A stretch of DNA of 64,000 bases from Octopus sinensis (lineage: Eukaryota), in NCBI RefSeq assembly GCF_006345805.1, contig NC_043005.1:95976001-96040000 (forward strand), written 5' to 3'. The notes under the pieces were generated by a model, which worked only from the letters and a program-made list of their open reading frames with translations, was not told the origin of the DNA and searched no databases. Positions 1 to 10,895 of this stretch are shown piece by piece. Position numbers and translations under genes: made by a program. The number at the start of each line of letters is the position of its first letter. Position 1 is the first letter of the stretch.

Positions 1-594
1 TTTGTGACACTCTCACTTTTTCATGACAAAAACCTCGGGAGAAAAAAGGAAAGTAAAAAAAAAAAACTGACAAATTTCAATTTGTGTGACCACTATTCCG
101 AAAGTCTGCCTTGTTATCAATAAAAATATACATCATTAAGGGAATTTACAAATAAAGTCAAGATAGCACTAAAACTGTAATTATACTCAAAACCCACAAA
201 AGTTTCACAGCGATTTCGTTTGCCATTATATTCCATTTAAAATAGAAAAATACGACGAATGTACTCAGCCAACTTACTACCAGTTTTCATGAATACTGTT
301 GGTTACGTATGATTTCAGGCTTTCTTTGAGAACAGATGGTAATTATGTGAAGTGAAACAAGCTAATATTTGAATTATAAATAAAAGCTGTCCAAAATATT
401 TCAACAATGGCGTTGATAAGATCTGTCTTTTAAGAATGCAATAATCTTTACAATGACTTTTACGTGCCAAATACTGTATTTAAAATATGAGCTAAAAGAT
501 AATTGACAGGCAGTTATTTCATGAATATTCATACTTTTTCCTTTTCTTTTATGCAGAAATAAAAACAAATAGTGGTGATATACAAACATAGCAA

Positions 595-795
595 GCATGA
601 CCATGTGGTAAGAGGTTTGCTTCCCAACCACATGGTTACGGGTTCAGTACCACAGCGTGGTACCTTGGGCAAGTGCCTTCTATTTATAACCCCGGGTGTG
701 TGTGTGATGTATTTGTCCCTCACCACCGCTTAGCAATCGGTGGTCTGTTTACATCTCCGTAACTTAACGATTCGGCAAAAGAGACTGATAGAATG
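595..795 (+). mobile_element. tRNA-derived CORE-type SINE (partial)
   Basis: tRNA-like head (tggtaagaggtttgcttcc...gggttcagtaccac) followed by CORE-like accttgggcaagtgcctt; the same family recurs many times in the window. Confidence 0.75.
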
Positions 796-1349
796 ATTAA
801 ACTCCAGTGTTTGAACTGAGCCAAAAAAAAGGGGCAATAGGTGTAAAACAACATGTAGTAAATGAATATGAAAAAAAAAACGTGCGCTGGCTAACTGGAG
901 GTGGGGAGAGGACTCGAAAAATTCCCATCGGGAATGTTCCGAGTCCTCTCACCACTTTCCCGTTCGTTGGCAAAATTTTTTTTTTGTATTCATATTCGTT
1001 TACTACACATTATTTTACACCTGGTATACTAATTTTGCAACCCAACTTTCACTGAGTCAACAACTTTCTTATTTGGCGGCTCAACTCAAGAATTTGCTTT
1101 CATTTGTCTGCTCAATTAGGAAAGACCTAGGTTTAACAACTACAACTATATTTTCATATGTAAGAAATCAATAAGGACAATTTGATAAGGTAGAGATTTA
1201 GGGGGGGGGATTGTTATAAAAAAATCACCACCACTCAAAGTGTTTTTAAATACGGACCATCCTTTGTTTTATCAGGAAAAGAAAAAAAAAACGACATACC
1301 GATTTCTCAGTGACAGCTTTTTCAAAACTCCGCCGAGAATTATTAGGAA

Positions 1350-1660
1350 CTAGCAGTATTACCCGGCGTTGCTCGGGTTTGTAAGGGAAATAACTATATA
1401 AGCATTTTTAGAGAGTTATATCCCTTATATAAATCGAGCAAAAATAGATTTAAAATGCGGAAAAATTATGGTAATTTTTTTTTAAATCGTAGACACGTCG
1501 TAGACACGTCGTAGACGCGCGCTAATACCCAGAAGGGCTCGATATGAATCCCTATATAAGATACCCGCTTTTGGTTAAACTGCACCGCAAAATGTGGGAG
1601 TAGTTAGGAATCTAAATCGAAGTAGACAGACACACACACAACTAGTTTTATATATAAAGA
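1350..1660 (-). mobile_element. Non-autonomous Helitron
   Basis: Minus strand starts TC(TTTATATATAAAA), ends with hairpin CCCGAGCAACGCCGGG then CTAG, sits between A and T with no TSD; homologous to 39061-39696. Confidence 0.8.
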
Positions 1661-4600
1661 TATGTTTTCGAATGTGTAAGATTAAGGATTCTTTTTTAAA
1701 AATTTAAAACAAGAACTTTTATTTACATATGTTTTACAAAGAAAAGCAATCTATACGTTTTTAACTAAGAATTTATTCATGGTCATTGCACATAAAAAAA
1801 AATTAACATGGTTGGTAATATTCATTAGCACGATAAAATAAAATTTGTTGGCATGATGGTAACACATACAAAAATGTGTCCAAGTTTGGAAAAGACTAAC
1901 GTTTTGTAACTGAACATCTCGTCCTTTTTTTAAAATCCATCGTATATCAAATTATAATCTTAGATGCCTTTAAGATGATAGGATGTTGCTATTTCTGGAA
2001 AATATGGCTGCTATTTTCTAACAGGTTAGTCGAGATCGTAGTGGTTTTGTTGGGAATGAAGTTGGTCCGAAAGACAGGGCCGACCGAAAAAGATTTTACA
2101 AGATGAAGTTGCTTTCGGGACCAATCTGGCGAGAGAACGCGGCCTCCAACACTCACCCACTCCGTGTCTGAAATTCAATGGACATAGAGGACGATGTCTT
2201 TCAACAGACTACGAGTGCAAGTTGGTGTAGCCAGACGAGATGTTTCACAGAAATTATATTGGTTCCTCTATATTCGCAACTTCCAAATCTCGCCAGGTGT
2301 CTGTGTAACACTTGTGTGTATTCAAGAAAAAACCCAGATAAATCTTGGTATATCATGTTATCCAACTCTAACATGGGAGCCGCACCCGCTTAGATGTCAT
2401 GAGGTCAAAAGGGAGCGCTGTGTTCGAAGAAGGCTGCGATGTTTCTTAGAAATACTTTATACAGATTTTTTAAAAATCTTTCAGTATTAAAATGTGACAA
2501 GGACATTATGTACTTGTTTCAGAAGAAAGATTTACTAAAAAAAGATTGTTAAAGTTAGCAGAAACGCGACCGTTTCAATCCCAAGGCAGCAATTAGTAAC
2601 CCCACCCCATCATTACCAAACATTGTTTTGGAATTTAATGTATTATTGAACAGATATTCGACATTATTTTCCATTTGTTTTATGGTAAGAGGTAGCTAAA
2701 TATTGACATACACGTTTGATTAGTTAACATCAATAATAAACCTAAGACTATTTCAAAATTTCCAATTGTAATATATATTGCTCTAAATTTTTCTTTTAAA
2801 TTACGCTAACAACAAAACTAAAAATACATTTCATTTCTAAGTCCACGCCTTAGCTTCCGTTCAATTTTAGATTATTTTCTTTTGCAATTGATGGCAGGAG
2901 TTAGCGAAAGATGAAGCTGAAGTCCAAAAGGTTGAGAACTGCCGCTCCAGTTTTATTTCTTTAAACAAAAAAATAAAAAAATTTAAAAAAAAAAATTAAA
3001 TTTTCATTGTAACATTGACAAACAATATTCCCCAACTCACTCTCCGTTATTGGTGTATTTAAAAGAACCAATGCAATGAAACTAAAATTACTTCTCAAAT
3101 TGGGGTATCACCACTCCCTGGATATGCGGTGGGAAATTTTATATTGGCCTTGAAGACAAAGAAGCAGTTTAAATTACCCTTTATTTTATTTCTGTGCTGC
3201 ATGCGAATCACCTGTCTGTATTAGCAGCCGAAATATTTTCACTTTCGATATTGATACGATTTACGCGATCAACGTGTCGGCAGTAATTTTTTTGTTGGGG
3301 ATATAATTTAGTTGAATTCTAGCAAAGCGGGCATTGAAAAATGTCTAAAACAAGGGGACCAATAAAGTTTGATAAGAATTGCTTTAAACAGAGACAAAAT
3401 ATGGAGATTCTGCAGACAATTATTTGCATTTAGCGCTCAAATATAAATGTCAGTTTCCTAATATCTAGCAAGTTGTGTTTAGAGTGTTTAAAAAGCTTTA
3501 AGACACGAATTCTGTTGCTTTAGACAGCAAAATACTGGGAGGTAAGATGAGGTGCCAAGGTTACACAGAATTTCTTGTCAATTTCGATAACCTATTTACC
3601 AAAGATTACATGCCAAAATCTGCAACAATTCCCATTCCAACATTGTAAACCGAATGTAATTGAAGCTGATGGCTATTCTGATATGTTCAGTGGGTGTCAT
3701 ATTTCCGGTGGATAAGTAACGAGGAGTAGGGGACTGGAGCAACTTCAAGCCAGAGACAAGCAATGCCAATGAATTTAGGTCCCTGAGCAAGAGATTTTAG
3801 ATGGAGGTACTTCTGGTATTTCAGATTTGTGTATTTCCTAAAAGATTGAGTTTAAGAAACATTTTGGTTCATGAGAAATACGAAGAGGGGGAAAGTATAG
3901 ACACTATTACAGAGCGCACGCCCGTATCGCTATTCCAGTCTTCGTTCCTTATGAAATAAATTTCATAATAAATCCACAACAAATTCAAATGGTGAAAATG
4001 ATGACGCTATGAAAAAGCTGTGTATAAAGTGTCTCTGGCGTAATTTTTGCCGGGTTGAACAGTCAAATCTAAAAACGTGATACCCGAGAGAAAGTGTGAG
4101 AGAAAGTGTTGAGTAACATATATATAGTAAGTATATATAAATATATCGGGCAGCTGAATTATCTATACTAGCAGAAAACCGCCCGGAGGTAGATGGGGTT
4201 GGAACGTCTTTGTACGAAAAAGTTTTGAAACTTTAAATTGAGAAACTGGAATTATAAATTTCTAAGAACATGAATTTATCAAAATATTTCCAGACGGTCA
4301 ACCCTTTAATAATTGCTTTGTCACATACCTAATTAATAAGTTTTCTCCATTATAGTCTAGATTGAAGTTTAAGAAATTCTTCATTCGTCGTCACAAAAAC
4401 CTAGATTTTTTTTTTCCTTTTTAGGCGAACACCACCCATTTCGGCTTACGCCGAAAACTGGTGGTTTGCGTATTCTTCATCGCCATTTTTGATAGATGAT
4501 TCTATTGTTCCCAAATTAAAAATAAAACAAGGATTTGTCTTTTGTATACACACCGTCATGTACGCAAAAACGGCAGACCGGAAGAAATAAGACCGCAGGC

Positions 4601-5322
4601 TACAGAATGCCGATCGCATATAGAAGCTATTGTAGTATGTCGTCCCAAAATTAAAATTACAATCTCCGAAATATCACGCCAAATCTGATATCAGCCAATA
4701 ATATCGATTCGAAATGAAGTTCAAATCAGCCTGTCCAAAGGTGGCAATATTGACAAAACACCAGAAATAGGTTCAGTTATAGCCCTCCTTTAACGCACCA
4801 ATATTGCCCCGAGCTGAAAACGACACTAGAGAATTTCTAAAACGCTTTTATGGCTTTTATTTAGCTTTGTTCAGAATGTATCGCATCGAGATTTGAAACC
4901 TTTTACTGAAGGCTTGCATAAATCCAGGAGACTGGGCCTTTTAAAAAATGCTTACTCCGATAGTTTAATGCTTATATAATCATTTGTAGCAAGTGTTCTA
5001 CAAGAATTAGAAAAACAGTTTTATATTAAAGAGCATATACACTCAGACAACAGTTAAAATTCTCGAACACCAAGAAATTCAAATTAAAAAGAATAGGTTG
5101 AAATAAAACAGAATCAGTTTAGTTATTCAATTACAAGTTTATATATAGAAAAAAACCCAAATCATTTAAAAAGTTTAAAATTCATGCAAGACAATGGAAA
5201 GAAAGCCATTTTTCAAATATTACAAGGTTTAGTTAAAACAAATTTAGCTCTTCCCTATCTAAAACTTTCATGTAGCAAACTAATACTTAAAAAAGTTGTC
5301 CTTTATATACAATATATATATT

Positions 5323-5333
5323 TTTATTTTATT
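5323..5333 (-). promoter_or_regulatory. Candidate polyadenylation signal of the PABPC gene (two overlapping AATAAA)
   Basis: Minus strand reads CTGAATAAAATAAAAA about 330 nt downstream of the stop codon; hexamers are common in AT-rich DNA. Confidence 0.45.
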
Positions 5334-5456
5334 CAGCAAAATTATACAGACGGTACATAAAATATTTTTGAGTTTTAGAAGTGACTAAAAATTAAGTCAT
5401 CAAAATTGACATGTAACGAGCGAAGAGTTTTTTTTAAATGTAATTAATGCCAATGC

Positions 5457-5488
<32 letters not shown>

Positions 5489-5663
5489 TTTTACTCATTT
5501 TCTGAAATTCAGTAACATTAAAATTTAAATTAGCTTTCCACCGAGTGTGAAGACATTGTGTAGTTGCATTTCAAAAGGTTAAATTCTTGGAAGTTCTGTT
5601 GACTGTAAAGCAACGACAAAGTTAGTGCAGACAGCTAGCGAAAATAAACAAACGCCAGTAATT

Positions 5664-7556
5664 TCAAGCATAGCCCATGGTAGCTGAGAATAAATTGTTG
5701 TCCAACTCGAACGATTTCTCACGCGGATTCTGTTGCAATACCATTTCAGCTTCACGAACTTTTTCTCGCAGCACATTGGGGGACTCAATTAAGTGAATAA
5801 TATCAGAAGAGTCTAGTTCAAGAAGCATACCAGTAATTTTCTGGGCCATTATATCGTTTATTTTCTTGACTTCAGGAAACAAACGCTCTCCTAAGAAATT
5901 CTTTTGTTCCTGAGGAGAGACGGCAGAAAGGCTATCCAGAGATTTTTCAGTAAACTCAGGTTTTGTTTGTTGTACACTCGGCATTTGAAATAGATTGGTT
6001 AACTGTGTGGGGACCTTGAAATGTTGAGGGATTGGATTGATTGTATGGTGCAATAAAGACGCATTGTGCAAGTGGTGTGGCATAGCTAGTCCCTCCATAT
6101 TACGAGAATGGGTACTGTTATCGTACAATGGGCGCGTGTTCATAAAACTTGGACCACTCCCGCTGAAGGACGGCGAGATATTTTGTCTGTAGCCAGTTGG
6201 CTGACCAGCAAAAGGGCGAGTATTCTGACTATTTCTCAGTTTCAAATGATTTGTTGGTAGCCTGTTGTAACTTACTTGGTTTGGAATCTGATGTATCAAT
6301 GGCGATTGCCAACGTGACACATTGCCGATATGTATTTGAGATGGGTAAGAGGTGCGACTGGGAAGTGTCGGCAAGTAGTAGCTGGCAGTAACTGGTGGAA
6401 TAATAGAATGAGTATCAGCAACAGAATCCTTCAGATTATTTATGTTTTTCTTACGTTCATCTTTGCTTTGAGCAAAGGTAACAAACAATGGTTTCTGCAG
6501 AACAATGCGACCATTCATTTCTTTTATAGCTTTATCTGCAGCTTCTTGTTGGTCAAAGCAAACAAACCCAAAACCCTTTGAGCGACCATTTTGCATCATT
6601 ACACGGGCACTGCTAATCTCGCCATATTTGCTAAATTCTTGGTACAATCGTTCATCATCAAAATCCTCATCAAGGTTTTTCACATAAAGATTAAATCCAG
6701 AATACCGAAATTTTTCTTCTGTTTTGGGGATATCAAATTTCTCTTTTAGCATTTTTTTGCGCTCTTCTATCTTTTGAGCGCGACCGATAAATAATTTTCT
6801 TCCATTTAACTCAAAACCATCTAATTCTTTGACAGCTCTTTCTGCATCGTCGGCTTTTTCGAAACTAACAAATCCAAAGCCTCTGGGTTGACCTTGTTCA
6901 TCTGCCATTACTTTGACGCTCACTATATCGCCGAATTTTGAGAATAAATTTTTCAGGCCGTCATCGTCCAAATCTGTTCCGAAATTTTTTATATAAACAT
7001 TACTAAACTTGTATTTCTCTTTCAAACGATCTTTCTTTGGAATAAATTTTGCCACATAAACTGTCTTTCCGTTGAGTAACATGCCATTGACTTTGTTAAT
7101 GGCCTCTTCTGCTGCCTTCTCTTCTTCAAAATGAACAAATCCATAACCTTTTGAACCAGATTCATCAGAAATTATTTTACAAGAGAGAATACAACCGAAT
7201 GCTGAAAAAGTATCAAGTAGAGATTTGTTGTCGATACTGGAGTCAAGATTTTTAATAAAAACGTTACCCTTACCAGACCTACGAAGGGACGGGTCTCTTT
7301 GTGACCACATTAAACGCATTGGTCGGCCAAGAATTGCTTCGAAATTCAATGTATCCAATGCTTTTTCAGCGTCCAAATAATTTTGGAAGTTGACATAAGC
7401 ATAACCGAGAGACTTCTTAGTTAGCACGTTTCGACAGACACGAATAGATTCAATTGGTCCAATTTTCACGAACTTGTCATAAAGTTGAGATTCTGTTACC
7501 TCTGGGTGTAAGTCACCAACATACAGTGACACTTTAAGTAAATTCATTTCGTTCAT
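5664..7556 (-). CDS. PABPC: Cytoplasmic polyadenylate-binding protein, intronless divergent paralog (630 aa from the first ATG)
   Basis: Four RRMs with intact RNP2/RNP1 motifs (LYVGDL/LGYAYVNF, VFIKNL/KGYGFVHF, VYIKNF/RGFGFVSF, LYVKNL/KGFGFVCF), conserved WSQRDPSLR, P/Q/S-rich linker, C-terminal MLLE domain (GERLFP...KITGMLLE). The ORF-track start at 7631 is TTG; the first ATG is 7556. Confidence 0.95.
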   Translation of the reverse strand: MNEMNLLKVSLYVGDLHPEVTESQLYDKFVKIGPIESIRVCRNVLTKKSLGYAYVNFQNYLDAEKALDTLNFEAILGRPMRLMWSQRDPSLRRSGKGNVFIKNLDSSIDNKSLLDTFSAFGCILSCKIISDESGSKGYGFVHFEEEKAAEEAINKVNGMLLNGKTVYVAKFIPKKDRLKEKYKFSNVYIKNFGTDLDDDGLKNLFSKFGDIVSVKVMADEQGQPRGFGFVSFEKADDAERAVKELDGFELNGRKLFIGRAQKIEERKKMLKEKFDIPKTEEKFRYSGFNLYVKNLDEDFDDERLYQEFSKYGEISSARVMMQNGRSKGFGFVCFDQQEAADKAIKEMNGRIVLQKPLFVTFAQSKDERKKNINNLKDSVADTHSIIPPVTASYYLPTLPSRTSYPSQIHIGNVSRWQSPLIHQIPNQVSYNRLPTNHLKLRNSQNTRPFAGQPTGYRQNISPSFSGSGPSFMNTRPLYDNSTHSRNMEGLAMPHHLHNASLLHHTINPIPQHFKVPTQLTNLFQMPSVQQTKPEFTEKSLDSLSAVSPQEQKNFLGERLFPEVKKINDIMAQKITGMLLELDSSDIIHLIESPNVLREKVREAEMVLQQNPREKSFELDNNLFSATMGYA

Positions 7557-7685
7557 TGTTGGAGTGTCACAACGAACTCTTTTTTTCACTGACAGATATC
7601 TACGTGACGGAAGAGCTTGGTTCTCTTCCAATGTAAATGCCGACCTGGTTCAAGGAAAAGTAAGACCAGGTTTTTAAAAAAATAA

Positions 7686-7729
7686 CAGCCAATCAAAAGA
7701 TGTTATACAGCTGAAGATCCATGACGTCA
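7686..7729. promoter_or_regulatory. Candidate proximal promoter: NF-Y CCAAT box and full CRE palindrome
   Basis: CAGCCAATCA at 7686-7695 and TGACGTCA at 7722-7729, about 130-170 bp upstream of the PABPC ATG. Confidence 0.55.
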
Positions 7730-7786
7730 CGGCTCTTTGTGTTAAATGCCCCTATCTGGCGAATAAACTTTATTTGAATTTGTTCA

Positions 7787-8534
7787 AAAAGGCAGAGAGT
7801 TCAAATTCCGCCGAGGTCGACTTCGCCTTTCATCCTTACGGGATCGATAAATTAAGTACCAGTTGCGTACTGGGGTCGATCTAATCGACTGGCCCCCTTT
7901 CCAAAAATTTCGGGCTTTGTGCTTAGAGTAGTAAAGATAAGGAACTTTCTACCCAAGACCCACCCATACCCTCATCGTCCCATCCTTGCCCTGCAGATAC
8001 TGACACCTCCCAGTCCCCTCCATCACAAAAACAAAAAAAGAAAATGCAGACACACAACGAATCAAATACACACCCCGCTCTTTATGCAAGTTTCACAAGA
8101 AGTGACAAATTGTTGTCAAAGATAAGAAAATGGGAAGGCCTAGACTTGGTGTGTGCAAAGGATGAACAGGGGTAGGTTACAATGTTGACATTAACATCAG
8201 AATTGCAACAAAAAAAAGGAAATAGAAGGACTTGATGAAGAGTATGCTCTATGGGAGGTGAAAGCTGACGGAGAGGATCCCGCGTAATATGAAGTACAGA
8301 GGCTTGGAAAAGGAAGGCTTTCGAGTCATACAAAGGTTAAAGACTTAATAACGGAGAACAGGATAAGGGAATCAAGTGGCGTTGCCTGATGGGGCAGGTA
8401 GCACCACTTTCATATTTCATTTCGTTCATTTCATCATATCATACGTTTTTTATCATTTTTTTTGTATGTGTTATGTGTCCCCAACGTGTTGTAAGTCCTC
8501 TTCTGTGTGGCCCTTTATGGATAATAAAGAAAGA
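7787..8534 (+). mobile_element. Chimeric retroposon insertion (5'-truncated SINE fused to a Tx1-like 3' end) with 18-bp TSD
   Basis: TTTATTTGAATTTGTTCA at 7769-7786 and 8535-8552; SINE body 7797-7936; degenerate ORF about 7940-8290; 3' UTR ends AATAAAGAAAGA. Confidence 0.75.
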
Positions 8535-8552
8535 TTTATTTGAATTTGTTCA

Positions 8553-10750
8553 GAATAGTTTGCTCTGTGAGTATATCCAGGCGTGAACTTCGCCGAGCAT
8601 TGTTAAAGTTGCTGTTGAGTTTATCTTTGTTTAAATTGTTGTAGTGTTCTTTGAACACTTTGGTTTTTGCTGCCTTTGGACAGGCTAGTTGTGCTTTCCC
8701 TCCTCATAGAGGAGAGTAAGCAAAGTAAAAAATGGAAGAAATCAGCTCGTCAGATAAATAGCTACACTGAGGTGTCCGATTCTGAGCAGTCGGACACTTC
8801 ATGGGCCAACAGGAATGAAAGAAGCTTCACAGAAATGGCTAAAGTATCAGAAAGTAATGTGGATTTGGAAGAGTGGAAGAAATACTCCAAAAGGATGAAA
8901 AGGGACGGAACGAAGGTGGAAGTAACTGCGTCAATGGAGATAATTGATAAAATAACGAGAAGTACGGAAGTGTGTAAAACACACTCAGTGGCCGAAGGAA
9001 GAATTAAAAAGATGACGACGATGCAAGTGGAGAAGGTACTAAGGCCCGTATGGAAGGATATTAGGTATTTAACAAGAGGCAGTGAATTTGGTACAATTAA
9101 AGTTCAATTTAATGATGTAAAGTGCAAGTTTGAACTCGTCAACAATATTAAAGAACGAGGAAGTAGTGATGCTGCCAATATATGGTGGAAGGAGTGCTAT
9201 AAGGGTTAACGTAGAGGGAATCTCTCCCGGGCGTCGACGTAACCTGGATAGTAGCCGCAGTTTGCTTAGTCGTTTTCAGCTGGTAGACCGATTCAGACTG
9301 GACCACCCAGACATTCCATTGTAGACATGGACAAAAAACGATGGGTCGTCCAGATCTTATTTAGGCAGGATTCTTGTAAGAAGTAAGGATAAGAAAATTG
9401 TGAGTTGTCCACAATACCACATCGTCAGCTACAGTGATCACAAACTTGTGACCTGTACGCTTGACTTAGATAGCATGTGTAGACAGGGATCCGGTTACTG
9501 GAAGCTAAACAAGTCGCTCTTGGACTGCGAAGCCTACCGGAACCGGATTAGACAGCTAGTTATGAGGGCGTTAACAGGAGCCATTATAAATGATAAATGG
9601 TGGTAAAATTTGAGTCAATTGGGTTCAGTAAGGAATTAGCTAGTGCGAGAAATAGAGTAGAAAGGGCACTAGTTAAGGCACTAGAAGAGGCAATGAGGTC
9701 AGGCTCTGCAACCTAGGTTTTAGCGGCGAGGTTGGCACTCGACCAATATTTCAAAGTTAAATTGCCCTGATTCATGGCTAAACAAGTTGGAACGCATGCT
9801 CTTCCGCTTTTTGTAGTGGAGCAGGGGAACTCTTGTAAGGCGCTCTATCTGTTGCCAAAAACTACTGAAGGGTGGGCTACGGGTGCCGTGGCTAAAAATG
9901 CGCAGACATGCGCTGAGGCTTAGGCACCTCTGGCTTTACCTGGACGGTGAGCAGGTATTTCCACAGTTCACATCCCTTACTGAACTGGACCCATGGATTA
10001 AGCGTAGACCGAGGTTGGGGGCTTGACATGCAGTGTCGTCAGGCAATCATGCTTCTCTCCCAGTCGAGCAACGCCGGTGGCGGGGGTTCCACCTAGTCCT
10101 TCTATAGAGGGTTGGTAGAGTGCAAGTGTGACGACATCCTGGGAGAAACCCTGGCCTTCGACGAAGGCCAACTCGCCAGCCTGTACCGATGGACATTCGG
10201 GCCAGGGCTATGGATAATTACCAGAAGTCCCTAGCATGGCAGTGTTACAGAGGTGCTTTACCTGTTTGGGATAAGTTCTTTGGACATGGTTCTGCGTCTT
10301 CGCCGGCTTGTCCAAGAAGCGGGCAGGACAGTGAAACTGTTCTGTACGCAATTGTACGATGTCCGTAGATTTCGGAACTCTGGGCTTATGTCGAACATCT
10401 GCTGTCACATCTAAGAAGAGTACAACTGTCATCCGAATCTATAATTAAGATCGTTCCGCCACCTTCCCTTAACAGGGAAGAGCAGGTCTGTTTTCTCTCG
10501 GTAGTAGCTATCGCGAAAGCGGTAGTGTGGAAGACGAGAGTGAAAGGGATTGCTACGGGCATTTTTATCTCCTGCCTTGGGTTGGTTAACTTTTTCTTTT
10601 TCCATATGAAAAGAAAAATAAGGCTGGAGAAGAAACGCCTGTCGCAGGGTATGTTTCGGAAAAGACGGAAGTCTGTGGCAAGTGTGTTGAGAGTGAAAGA
10701 ACCCGTTTAAGCGAGAACACAAAAGGAAAAATAAAATTTCAGTCTTTAAA
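8553..10750 (+). mobile_element. Tx1/L1-clade LINE, internally deleted and degenerate
   Basis: ORF1-like 8730-9270; end of APE endonuclease (SYSDHKLV, GYWKLNKSLL); post-RT region (CPDSWLNKLER); C-terminal AWQCYR...CPR zinc-knuckle region; RT core absent; many stops and frameshifts. Confidence 0.85.
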
Positions 10751-10895
10751 GGTACTTAAATATTTTTTTTAATTAATTCCTCCTGTTGTGATTCTCGTAA
10801 TTAGCAGGAAAGAAAGAAAAATCTACATCTATATAGAAATTTCTAATAAAATTGAATGAGGTAGTTCAAACGAGAAAATCCAAAGATTTCTTGTT

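Noticed and set aside
2025-2490. GC/CpG-richer segment with overlapping short ORFs (one frame has GRPKK and CLKFNGHRGRC)
   Set aside because: No frame stays open across it, I recognise no family, and splice signals are inconsistent; needs TBLASTX
5460-5486. A27 run as the poly(A) scar of a PABPC retrocopy
   Set aside because: Wrong strand (it is U27 in the mRNA) and no flanking TSD found
7557-7631. ORF-track 655-aa start for PABPC
   Set aside because: The start codon is TTG and the extra 25 residues have no PABP similarity; ATG 7556 used instead
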